A program made the position numbers and the translations under genes. 52,859 nt of DNA from a virus (Duplodnaviria > Caudoviricetes): the IMG/VR virus record IMGVR_UViG_3300011114_000478, positions 1 through 52,859 of that record. One strand, 5' to 3'. Each line of letters starts with the position of its first letter. The stretch's first letter is position 1. Under the pieces are notes generated by a model. It was not told where the DNA came from. It was given only the letters and a program-made list of their open reading frames with translations, and ran no database searches. This document shows, piece after piece, positions 1-7,810 of this stretch.

Positions 1-74
1 TTTACCTGAGCGAGTTTTTATTTTTCACAACGAAGGTAAACAAACTGAAATTATAGATAGCAAAGGATTGTTAA

Positions 75-1022
75 GTGGAATTATTGAATAGCGAGCAAAT
101 AGATTTCGAGCAGTATTTGAAACTCACTGAAGCTCACATGAAGGTAAAAGATGCGAGTGTGTTTATCGATGAGCTTAAAGAAGATTTAGCTAACCCTGTT
201 GTTGTAAAGAAGATTGGCATGCCGTGGTCAAAAACCATCAATGAGTTTGACTTTAGAAGCGGTGAGGTTACTTTGTATGCAGGAACTAACGGAAGTGGTA
301 AAAGTTTAATTACAGGTCAAATTGCATTAGGTTTAATTAAGCAGGATCAAAAGGTTTGTATTATGTCTTTTGAGATGAAACCAAAAAGAACTATCTTGCG
401 CATGACTAGACAGTTTAGTGGCACTGACTTAGATAATCCTTTTTTAAAAAATAAGTTAGAAGTAAATAACCAATATCTTGAAAGATTAAAAAAGTTTTCT
501 ACAGGAAAGCTATGGTTATACGATCAACAAGGAACAACAAACTCAAGTCAAGTCATATCTGTTGCAAGATATTGTGCGGTTGAATTAGGCATCACACATA
601 TTTTTGTTGATTCGCTTATGAAATGCGTTGCAGGGGAAGATGATTACAATTCACAAAAAGCTTTTGTGGATGAGCTGACAGCTTTGGCTCGCGATCACAA
701 TGTACACATACATTTAATTCATCATATTAGAAAATTAGTAAGCGAAGAGGTTAAGCCGAACAAAAATGACATCAAGGGCACGGGTGCAATTGCAGATCAA
801 GTAGACAATGTTTTGCTTATGTTTAGAAACAAAGCTAAAGAGCGTAAGATTCGAAATAATGAAACAGTTGAGAATACACCTGATGCAATGTTGATGTGTG
901 AGAAGCAACGTAACGGTGAAGTAGAAGATTGGTATAACTTGTATTATCACAAAGACAGCCAACAATTTATTGAAGATGAAAATGGCGTGCCCATGGCATT
1001 TGATACAGCAGGTGCGTTTTGA
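75..1022 (+). CDS. DnaB/SF4-type replicative helicase
   Basis: Walker A AGTNGSGKS, SFEM, Walker B-like IFVDSL, HHIRK, KGTGAIADQVDNV and CEKQRNGE motifs; GTG start. Confidence 0.9.
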   Translation: MELLNSEQIDFEQYLKLTEAHMKVKDASVFIDELKEDLANPVVVKKIGMPWSKTINEFDFRSGEVTLYAGTNGSGKSLITGQIALGLIKQDQKVCIMSFEMKPKRTILRMTRQFSGTDLDNPFLKNKLEVNNQYLERLKKFSTGKLWLYDQQGTTNSSQVISVARYCAVELGITHIFVDSLMKCVAGEDDYNSQKAFVDELTALARDHNVHIHLIHHIRKLVSEEVKPNKNDIKGTGAIADQVDNVLLMFRNKAKERKIRNNETVENTPDAMLMCEKQRNGEVEDWYNLYYHKDSQQFIEDENGVPMAFDTAGAF

Positions 1023-1279
1023 AAGAATATAACTTTGTAGTTGTGGAAGGCGTAAACAGAGGCAACGAAAGTAAAGAATTTCTTTATCAGTGTTTGGTTC
1101 GAGATGTGATTAAAAAAAGAATCGCTGATAGAGACAAAGCTTTTGAGTTCTTAGCTCGATGGGAAATACATCATAAGGATTCAAAATTAAGGGAAGATGT
1201 ACTTTATCAATGGCAAAGAGGTAACCGAGGGAAGGAGGATGAATGGTATGACCGAGATGATAAACAAACAATTGCTTGA
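1019..1279 (+). CDS. Hypothetical phage protein
   Basis: ORF overlapping the helicase stop by 4 nt (TTG start). Confidence 0.6.
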   Translation: MKEYNFVVVEGVNRGNESKEFLYQCLVRDVIKKRIADRDKAFEFLARWEIHHKDSKLREDVLYQWQRGNRGKEDEWYDRDDKQTIA

Positions 1280-1529
1280 TGCACTAGAGGCAATGTGTGA
1301 GTTATACGTTCCTGAAGACGAAAGTCTTGAGAACGACGCAGTAGCAGGATACGCGATGAATATTTTAGAAACAGCTAAAAAGATTGAAGCTGAGTATAAA
1401 AACAAACCGCTACCTGAAGACGATGTATGGATGTTGGCACAGGATATTAATCCTCATGACCCAATGTATCCAATACATTTTGCAAGAGCAGTTGAACGTA
1501 AACACGGCATAGGAGCTGATAATGGCTGA
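1248..1529 (+). CDS. Hypothetical phage protein
   Basis: AGGAGG at 1233-1238 favours ATG 1248 over the track start 1197. Confidence 0.6.
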   Translation: MTEMINKQLLDALEAMCELYVPEDESLENDAVAGYAMNILETAKKIEAEYKNKPLPEDDVWMLAQDINPHDPMYPIHFARAVERKHGIGADNG

Positions 1530-1782
1530 AGAAGAAAAGAAAGAACCCAAGCTTGTCTTTGATGAGAACACTAAAACATTTTCGTTTGAAAAAGATACGA
1601 TCACTGTTGAAGAACACAATCAAGAGATGCTTAAAACAATGGAAGAGTTTGCTGAGGTGCTAGAGCTTTCTATTTTAAGAGAGCGTGATGCATGCGCTAA
1701 GGTTGCACTCGAACTTAAAAGCGAAGAGATTGCTAAAGCGATTCGTGAGCGCGTACCTGCACAAAGTACGGCGGTGCATTGA
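1522..1782 (+). CDS. Hypothetical phage protein
   Basis: AGGAG upstream; ERDACAK..AIRER motif typical of small phage ORFs. Confidence 0.7.
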   Translation: MAEEEKKEPKLVFDENTKTFSFEKDTITVEEHNQEMLKTMEEFAEVLELSILRERDACAKVALELKSEEIAKAIRERVPAQSTAVH

Positions 1783-2126
1783 TGGAATTAATTCTGCCAT
1801 TCCCGCCGTCAGTTAATACTTATTGGAGAAATTTTCAAGGGCGCATGCTCATATCTAAAAAAGGAAGGGAGTATAGAAAAGCCGTGGCAGACGAAATTAT
1901 TTTACAAAAAGGCAATAAGCATTTAAAAGGCAAAATCAAAATGACCATAGAAGCGTGGAGACCTGACAATCGAAAGCGTGACTTGGATAATTTATTAAAA
2001 GCTCCACTCGATGCATTAACGCATGCGGGTGTGTATGAAGACGACCAATTGATTGTCGATTTAAGAATTTTTTGGGCAGAGGATCAAGCGGGTAAATTAA
2101 AAGTGAAAATTGAGGAGATAGAGTAA
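1782..2126 (+). CDS. rusA: RusA-family Holliday junction resolvase
   Basis: LPFPPSVNTYWR, RKRDLDNLLK..LDAL, EDDQLI motifs. Confidence 0.93.
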   Translation: MELILPFPPSVNTYWRNFQGRMLISKKGREYRKAVADEIILQKGNKHLKGKIKMTIEAWRPDNRKRDLDNLLKAPLDALTHAGVYEDDQLIVDLRIFWAEDQAGKLKVKIEEIE

Positions 2127-2455
2127 TGGAAATTAGAGATCCACACAAAGCGGTTGATTACATTTTAAAGAACGCTAAAGCACACGCTAAAGCAAAAGCT
2201 GAAAGAAATTATTTGGAAGAGTATCGCAAATCTTTAAAAGCAATGTTAATGAAACAATGTTTAGAAACAGCTATTGGCGCACAAGAAAGAGAGGCTTATG
2301 CGCATCCTGAATACAGAGCACTACTTGACGGTATTAAAGTTGCAATGGAAGAGGAAGAGAAGCTTCGATGGGATTTAATTGCCGCGCAAGCAGCGATTGA
2401 TATTTGGAGAACCGAACAATCTAATTTAAGAGCTGAAGGAAAGATAACCATATAA
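2126..2455 (+). CDS. Helical hypothetical phage protein
   Basis: Coupled ORF (TAATG), GGAG RBS. Confidence 0.75.
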   Translation: MEIRDPHKAVDYILKNAKAHAKAKAERNYLEEYRKSLKAMLMKQCLETAIGAQEREAYAHPEYRALLDGIKVAMEEEEKLRWDLIAAQAAIDIWRTEQSNLRAEGKITI

Positions 2456-2667
2456 TGAATACACAAAAATTTTTAGACTTTTCTGAAAAGATTTTCTTTT
2501 TTATTTTAGTCATTCCAATTTATGTTGGATTGCTCGATGCGTTCTTTTTTGCAATCACAGGATATACCTACACAGGCGTTGATTGGACATGGCAACGCAT
2601 ACTTGCTGTGTTGATATTTTATTGCATTCGTTTAGCTCACATATCTTCTAAAAAGGAAAAAAAATGA
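2455..2667 (+). CDS. Small membrane protein
   Basis: Coupled ORF with two hydrophobic segments. Confidence 0.6.
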   Translation: MNTQKFLDFSEKIFFFILVIPIYVGLLDAFFFAITGYTYTGVDWTWQRILAVLIFYCIRLAHISSKKEKK

Positions 2668-2885
2668 TTCAAGAACCAATGAATGAAGTGTCGTTAAGAG
2701 AGTACTACACATCATACACACTCAAAAATAATGTAAACGTAGACTTTGAAAAATTTAAAAACCTTGTAAGACTTATTGAAAGTCATCACGGCATCGATGA
2801 TGACAACGAAGCGCAAGACGCGCTAGAGAATATAGAACATGAAATCATTGCGCGTGCTTGTCGCAATGGCGTCTGTGAAGATTAA
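2664..2885 (+). CDS. Hypothetical protein
   Basis: ATGA overlap, AAGGA RBS. Confidence 0.65.
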   Translation: MIQEPMNEVSLREYYTSYTLKNNVNVDFEKFKNLVRLIESHHGIDDDNEAQDALENIEHEIIARACRNGVCED

Positions 2886-2899
2886 TTAAGGAGAAAATT

Positions 2900-3082
2900 A
2901 TGAGCGGTGCAAAACTAACATTAAAAGCAAATTTTGAAACAGGCGAAGGTGATATTGGAAATATTGATAAGTGGTCAGAGAATGAACCACTTTTAAAGGT
3001 TGACATACTTGGAGATTGGATTGCTTTACTTCAAATAGAATATGATATAGCTCACCAAGAAGCTTTTAGAAAAGAAAATTAA
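2900..3082 (+). CDS. Hypothetical protein
   Basis: AAGGAG RBS. Confidence 0.7.
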   Translation: MSGAKLTLKANFETGEGDIGNIDKWSENEPLLKVDILGDWIALLQIEYDIAHQEAFRKEN

Positions 3083-3084
3083 TC

Positions 3085-3243
3085 ATGGCAGAATTCGTAG
3101 CAGTATTTTTACTTTATACATTCAAAGCTGATTGGTATTGGTGGCTTGCATTCATTCTATTAATTGGTTTTGAAATTTGGGCTGAGTATCGAAAGATCAT
3201 GAGAACTTGGAAGCTTCACAAAACCGCAAAGCAACCTGAATGA
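3085..3243 (+). CDS. 52-aa membrane protein (not in ORF track)
   Basis: MAEFVAVFLLYTFKADWYWWLAFILLIGFEIW...QPE*; fills the gap and overlaps the next start (ATGA). Confidence 0.6.
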   Translation: MAEFVAVFLLYTFKADWYWWLAFILLIGFEIWAEYRKIMRTWKLHKTAKQPE

Positions 3244-3548
3244 CAAGTGATGAAAAGAAACACTTGGATCTTCTTAGTCAGCTTGGTTGCATTGTATGTG
3301 CAAGGCTTGGCTACGGAGCAACTCCTGCGGAAATACACCATCCAAGAATCAAAGCGCGTGGCATCGGGCTCAAGGCATCCCACTACGATGCAATTCCTCT
3401 TTGTGTCGAACACCACAGAGGACAAACAGGAGTGCACGGATTGGGAACCAAAGGGTTTGCTAAGCGCTACGGGTTTGACGAATCCGATTTACTCGAAACC
3501 ACTAAAATCCTTTTGGATCAACTAAAAAAAAATATAATAGGGGGTTGA
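3240..3548 (+). CDS. Ref-like (recombination enhancement) HNH-type Zn nuclease
   Basis: GCIVC...AEIHH...IPLCVEHH...GVH pattern. Confidence 0.8.
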   Translation: MTSDEKKHLDLLSQLGCIVCARLGYGATPAEIHHPRIKARGIGLKASHYDAIPLCVEHHRGQTGVHGLGTKGFAKRYGFDESDLLETTKILLDQLKKNIIGG

Positions 3549-3573
3549 CAAGGGTTTAACTTTGTGTTATACT
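3545..3573 (+). promoter_or_regulatory. Strong sigma70 promoter
   Basis: TTGACA-17 nt-TATACT with extended -10 TG. Confidence 0.85.
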
Positions 3574-3620
3574 TGTATTTAGATCAATGTCGATCTATAA
3601 AAGCGAAAGGAAAGCGAATC

Positions 3621-3875
3621 ATGGCAAGAGTATTAGTGAATCACCATCGCAATGTTGCGATTGAAGTAAGCCGTAAAGATAAATGGACAACTCTCATAAT
3701 GGGTTGGCTTCCACACAAACGTGTCAAGATGCTTAACAGTGAAGTCGATAAAGAATGGGAAGAGTTCCTTGGTTACGACGTTAAGAAAGTTGCAAAGCGT
3801 TTCATGAAACCCGTCAATGGTTGGGTTGAAGACTCAGCTATGGAGGATCTTAAATCAATTGTGAAGGGAGCGTAG
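3621..3875 (+). CDS. Hypothetical protein
   Basis: ATG 3621 follows the promoter and AAAGG; the track start 3564 lies inside the promoter. Confidence 0.7.
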   Translation: MARVLVNHHRNVAIEVSRKDKWTTLIMGWLPHKRVKMLNSEVDKEWEEFLGYDVKKVAKRFMKPVNGWVEDSAMEDLKSIVKGA

Positions 3876-3876
3876 C

Positions 3877-4011
3877 ATGACTCGATTAGAACTGATTGCA
3901 GAAATTTGCAAACGCATGGCGGACGATTTAAAAGAAGACAATGACCGCGCTGAAGAAAAAGAACAACAAAGAGAAGCGCAAAAGAAAATGGATGACGATG
4001 AGATTTATTGA
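3877..4011 (+). CDS. 44-aa charged hypothetical protein (not in ORF track)
   Basis: GGGAG RBS; MTRLELIAEICKRMADDLKED...DDEIY*. Confidence 0.6.
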   Translation: MTRLELIAEICKRMADDLKEDNDRAEEKEQQREAQKKMDDDEIY

Positions 4012-5077
4012 ACTGTTCGCAGGTATTGGTGGCTTTCGCTTAGGGTTGGAACGCGCAGGTCACCAATGCGTTTGGTCTAACGAGATCGAAGATAAAGCGC
4101 GTCGCATATACAAACACAATTTTAAGGACACACCCGATGGAAGAGACGTTAGAGATATTGAACCCGAAGAGATCCCCGATGCAGACCTCCTTGTTGGAGG
4201 ATTCCCATGTGCAACTTTCTCCGTTGCAGGTCGCCGTACAGGTTTCTCTACAGACGATACAAGAGGAACTCTCTTCTTTGAAATCTGCCGAATTGCTAAA
4301 GCAAAACGAATACCATATCTTTTCCTTGAGAACGTCAAAGGATTGCTTAATCACGACCATGGAAGAACTTTTGGAGTCATCCTCGCTACGTTGGATGAAC
4401 TTGGGTATGACGTACAATGGGAATGTGTTAACAGCAAGAATTTCGGAGTCCCGCAGAATCGGGAACGAGTATTTATTGTCGCAAATCTTAGAGACAGAAC
4501 CCGACCAAAAGTATTTCCTATCGGAGAGTGCTATGCAACGGATGGTGGATCGTGCGCAGAAACACAAGGAGAAGGGGAACGGGTTTCAACAAACTATTTA
4601 CCAACGCTCGACGCACACTACTATAAAGGCGGTGGAACTCGGGCAGTCATCGACGAATCAGCAGGACATGTTCGAACAACTCAATGGAGACGAACACACT
4701 TCCGAGACATAAAAGGGAACTACACACCAACGTTGACAGCTAACATGGGTACGGGTGGTAACAATGTACCTTACGTTGAAGTGAAAGCTGTACTTACTCC
4801 ACAGCGCGAAGAGAAAAGACAAAATGGTCGACGCATCAAAGAACACAATGAGCCGTCATTTACAATCACAGCACAAGACAGGCACGGAGTCATCGTAGGA
4901 CAGAAGTTAAGAAAGCTTACACCACTCGAATGCGAACGCTTGCAGTCATTGCCTGATAATTGGACGAAGTGGTATGACGATGGATCGCTCGTATCTGATA
5001 ATCAGCGCTATGAGCGTTGCGGTAGAGCTGTGACGATTAATGTTATTCACGAAATAGGAAAGAGGTTACCACTATGA
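3998..5077 (+). CDS. Cytosine-C5 DNA methyltransferase family enzyme, probable DNA carboxymethyltransferase
   Basis: Motifs I FAGIGG, IV GGFPC, VI ENV, VIII QNRER, IX RKLTPLECERLQ; motif X is GRAV (Arg codon 5024-5026); likely start ATG 3998. Confidence 0.93.
   Translation: MRFIELFAGIGGFRLGLERAGHQCVWSNEIEDKARRIYKHNFKDTPDGRDVRDIEPEEIPDADLLVGGFPCATFSVAGRRTGFSTDDTRGTLFFEICRIAKAKRIPYLFLENVKGLLNHDHGRTFGVILATLDELGYDVQWECVNSKNFGVPQNRERVFIVANLRDRTRPKVFPIGECYATDGGSCAETQGEGERVSTNYLPTLDAHYYKGGGTRAVIDESAGHVRTTQWRRTHFRDIKGNYTPTLTANMGTGGNNVPYVEVKAVLTPQREEKRQNGRRIKEHNEPSFTITAQDRHGVIVGQKLRKLTPLECERLQSLPDNWTKWYDDGSLVSDNQRYERCGRAVTINVIHEIGKRLPL
4137..4712 (+). CDS. Alternative-frame ORF inside the methyltransferase, M.EcoHK31I beta-polypeptide-like
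   Basis: 191-codon +1 frame containing SSLRWMNLGM...LLSQILETEPDQKYFLSE...RA; true start uncertain. Confidence 0.6.
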   Translation: MEETLEILNPKRSPMQTSLLEDSHVQLSPLQVAVQVSLQTIQEELSSLKSAELLKQNEYHIFSLRTSKDCLITTMEELLESSSLRWMNLGMTYNGNVLTARISESRRIGNEYLLSQILETEPDQKYFLSESAMQRMVDRAQKHKEKGNGFQQTIYQRSTHTTIKAVELGQSSTNQQDMFEQLNGDEHTSET

Positions 5078-5715
5078 AGTCATGGAGTTTTGAATCAAGA
5101 GAAGTTGCAGACAAGTTTGATAAGCATGTAAGGGAACAGCTCCCATGGTATGACATGATTACAGACGCGGTTGTTTATATCGCGCGAAACTATTTGACTG
5201 AAGGTAATCGTATTGTTGACATCGGCGCATCGACAGGAAACCTATCACGCAAACTTTTACCACTTGCGAATGAGCGCAAAGGTAAAGTGTTAGCAATAGA
5301 AAAAAGTATGCCTATGATTTGCAAGATGGATGGCATGGAAGACGTAGGCGTGATCCATGGTGACGTGACTGAGATCGATATACCTGAAGCGCAAGTCTAC
5401 ATTTTATTTTTGACGATGATGTTTATACCCGTCGACAAAAGACAAAAGTTACTCGACACACTTCAAGACAAAGTGAAGGTGGGTGGATGTGTGATCATTG
5501 TTGATAAGATATGTGATCACAGTGGATACTTCTCAACGGTCATGAAGCGATTGACATGGCATTGGAAGATACAGCAAGGCGCGGAAGCTGAAGACATTAT
5601 CAATAAAGAGATGTCCCTTGCAGGCGTACAGATCCCGCTCGATAATTATTTTGTTGAGGATGCAAAACAATTTTTTAGGATGGGTGAGTTTGCAGGTTGG
5701 GTGATTGAATATTAA
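5074..5715 (+). CDS. cmoA: CmoA-like class I SAM-dependent enzyme (carboxy-SAM synthase homolog)
   Basis: WSF..VA..FD.HVREQLPWY, DIGASTG, GD, LTMMF, GG.VIIVDK, WK..QG.....I..K..SL.GV; ATGA-coupled to the methyltransferase. Confidence 0.8.
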   Translation: MKSWSFESREVADKFDKHVREQLPWYDMITDAVVYIARNYLTEGNRIVDIGASTGNLSRKLLPLANERKGKVLAIEKSMPMICKMDGMEDVGVIHGDVTEIDIPEAQVYILFLTMMFIPVDKRQKLLDTLQDKVKVGGCVIIVDKICDHSGYFSTVMKRLTWHWKIQQGAEAEDIINKEMSLAGVQIPLDNYFVEDAKQFFRMGEFAGWVIEY

Positions 5716-5727
5716 CTTGGAGGATTT

Positions 5728-5955
5728 ATGATTTTACTTACAGAAAAAGAAAGGCAACTTTTAAAAGAGTCAGCGAGCAACATAAGCATGCATGCATTTC
5801 AAAGGTTAGAACCTCATCAAAGGCGTGCGTATTGGGAAACGCTTGATCGAGCTATTCATTCGATTATGATGACGCATCCTGAAGCATTCAACTCAAAAGC
5901 TGTAGCTGACATGCATGAAAAAATGAAAAACAAACAAGCATACGCGAGGTATTAA
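5728..5955 (+). CDS. Hypothetical protein
   Basis: GGAGG RBS. Confidence 0.7.
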   Translation: MILLTEKERQLLKESASNISMHAFQRLEPHQRRAYWETLDRAIHSIMMTHPEAFNSKAVADMHEKMKNKQAYARY

Positions 5956-6138
5956 ATGGCAACACCAACGGTACACAAAAGCAAACGACACGCTAACCCT
6001 ATGCAAACAAGGAACGGTAAGCCTAAGCTCAAAGCATTCGATTTAAAGAAGCTTTATGAGCTGTTAGAAAAGACTGAGAAAGGTAAGAAGCGCCACAAGA
6101 TAGCAAAAGAGATAGCAAGAAAAACTAGTACAGCTTAA
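5956..6138 (+). CDS. Small basic hypothetical protein
   Basis: GAGG RBS; Lys/Arg-rich 60 aa. Confidence 0.65.
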   Translation: MATPTVHKSKRHANPMQTRNGKPKLKAFDLKKLYELLEKTEKGKKRHKIAKEIARKTSTA

Positions 6139-6225
6139 TGGTTTTCTTGATGTTAACGTGTACACAAAAGAGCAAAATGTAGACATATACACAATGACGT
6201 GTATACTTTTTAGGAGAATTTAAAC

Positions 6226-6297
6226 ATGTGGACAAAACCAACAGCAACAGAGATGCGCTTCGGCTTCGAGGTGACTATGTACGTTATGAACAAGTAA
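6226..6297 (+). CDS. pqqA: Pyrroloquinoline quinone precursor peptide PqqA (not in ORF track)
   Basis: MWTKPTATEMRFGFEVTMYVMNK*, with W..P...RFGFEVTMY (ExxxY) signature; AGGAG at 6212-6216. Confidence 0.97.
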   Translation: MWTKPTATEMRFGFEVTMYVMNK

Positions 6298-6340
6298 GTT
6301 ACATTCGCAGGCTTATTTTTAGCCTATGTGATTGTGTTTA

Positions 6341-6366
6341 AAGGGGAGCTTCGGCTCCCTTTTTTT
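6341..6366 (+). terminator. Rho-independent terminator
   Basis: GGGAGC-TTCG-GCTCCC followed by T7. Confidence 0.92.
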
Positions 6367-6550
6367 GTGTAATATACTACACAAAAAGTTGCACTACATG
6401 AAACCTTCCGAGCTGTCAATATATTACTTTTTTTGAATTAATTCCAAAAATAAAAGACTAATTTGTAAGATTAAGTGCTTGATTTACATACAAAAACAAG
6501 CTTTTTTGCCTGTCAGTAGCTGTAAAGTATAATTTACATGCAAAAAGGCC

Positions 6551-6580
6551 TTGACAAGCCTATATTGTTTAATCTAAAAT
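6551..6580 (+). promoter_or_regulatory. sigma70 promoter (early)
   Basis: TTGACA-18 nt-TAAAAT; 14-bp palindrome CTATCAATTGATAG at 6588-6601. Confidence 0.75.
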
Positions 6581-6636
6581 TACATCACTATCAATTGATA
6601 GATAACTTAAACAACTAAAAACGAAAGCGAATTTAT

Positions 6637-6924
6637 ATGAAAACATTAGAAAAACAAGTAGTAACAACACAAGTAGACACACTAGGTTTACTCTTAGCTC
6701 AAATTGCAGAGCTCGAATCAAAAGCTTCAGCAATCAAACAAGCCCTCAAAGAAGACGGTGCAGGCGTATACGAAGGTTCAATGTTCAAAGCCAACGTCAT
6801 TGTTTCTAACCGTTCAACTGTCGATTTCAAACAAGTATTTGCAGAATGCTCAGTACCTGCTGAAGTTATTGCCCGCAATACTAAAGCACAAGAAATCGTA
6901 ACCGTTAAATTAACTTCAAGATAA
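6637..6924 (+). CDS. Early hypothetical protein
   Basis: First ORF after the promoter; N-terminal coiled coil. Confidence 0.75.
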   Translation: MKTLEKQVVTTQVDTLGLLLAQIAELESKASAIKQALKEDGAGVYEGSMFKANVIVSNRSTVDFKQVFAECSVPAEVIARNTKAQEIVTVKLTSR

Positions 6925-6934
6925 GGGGATCAAC

Positions 6935-7702
6935 ATGAAAACAGTACCATTCGCAGATTTACTTAAAGAAGCTGTAAACAAAGAAGGCGTGTTATCAACA
7001 TGCTACAGCCGATTCCACCAATACAGCATCGGCAATCAATTGTGGTTATGGGGACAAGCTGACGCACGCGGTGAGTGCCTAGGTCCCGTACAAACACTCA
7101 AACAATGGAATACGCTTGGTCGTGCAGTCAAGGCAGGTTCTAAAGCTTACTCCATGCTTATGCCTGTAACAGTTCCAAAGAAGGATGCCAACGGTAAGAA
7201 GATCGAAGGCAAGTTCTCTAAGTTCTTTATGCTCAAGAACTATTGGTTCACAGTGCATCAAACAGAAGGTGACGACTTCAAGGAAGAGACTATCATCCCT
7301 GAGTGGAACAAACAAAAAGCCCTCGAAAAGCTACTCATCAAAGAAAATACTTTTGAGCATGCTGACGGTAATTGCCAAGGTTACGCAAGCTTCCACAGCT
7401 TTGCTGTTAATCCCTTAGCTGTATTGCCACACAAGACAACCTTCCATGAGCTTGCTCACATTGTGTTAGGTCATACCACTGAGCACACCATGGCTGACTC
7501 TGAGATTACGCCAAAGGATATTCGTGAGGTAGAAGCTGAGTCAGTGGCTTACATCCTATGCTCAATCCTTGGCTTAGATGGTTTAGTCGAGTCACGCGGT
7601 TACATTCAACATTGGTTGAAGGATAATCAGATCGACGATAAGTCAGCACAAAAGATATTCACTTGTGCTAATACGATCCTTAACGCAGGAAAGGTAGCAT
7701 AA
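6935..7702 (+). CDS. ardC: ArdC-like protein (ssDNA-binding N-domain plus zincin-like domain)
   Basis: YSIGNQL..., TLKQWNTLGRAVKAGSKA, HELAH, EVEAESVAY, YIQHW. Confidence 0.82.
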   Translation: MKTVPFADLLKEAVNKEGVLSTCYSRFHQYSIGNQLWLWGQADARGECLGPVQTLKQWNTLGRAVKAGSKAYSMLMPVTVPKKDANGKKIEGKFSKFFMLKNYWFTVHQTEGDDFKEETIIPEWNKQKALEKLLIKENTFEHADGNCQGYASFHSFAVNPLAVLPHKTTFHELAHIVLGHTTEHTMADSEITPKDIREVEAESVAYILCSILGLDGLVESRGYIQHWLKDNQIDDKSAQKIFTCANTILNAGKVA

Positions 7703-7712
7703 AGGGTCTTTT

Positions 7713-7790
7713 TAAGCGTTTTGGGACACTTTTGAGGGTTGGGTATAAGGTTACCCGCCCTCGAAGGTAAAAATGGCTCAAAATGGCTTA
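7713..7790 (+). other. Long imperfect RNA/ssDNA hairpin
   Basis: TAAGC/GCTTA, GTTTTGGG/CTCAAAAT, CTTTTGAGGG/CCCTCGAAGG, TGGGTA/TACCCG pair using G-U pairs. Confidence 0.65.
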
Positions 7791-7810
7791 TTTTTAATGT
7801 AAAAAAGTTG

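Noticed and set aside
3941-3997. Track start of the methyltransferase at 3941
   Set aside because: This stretch is better explained by the 3877-4011 ORF; motif I begins right after ATG 3998
4040-4567. Antisense ORFs inside the methyltransferase
   Set aside because: No recognisable motifs, unlike the +1 frame ORF; likely a by-product of dual-coding constraint
6367-6550. tRNA, ncRNA or att site in the AT-rich gap
   Set aside because: No cloverleaf, convincing structure or repeat partner; no integrase in the window
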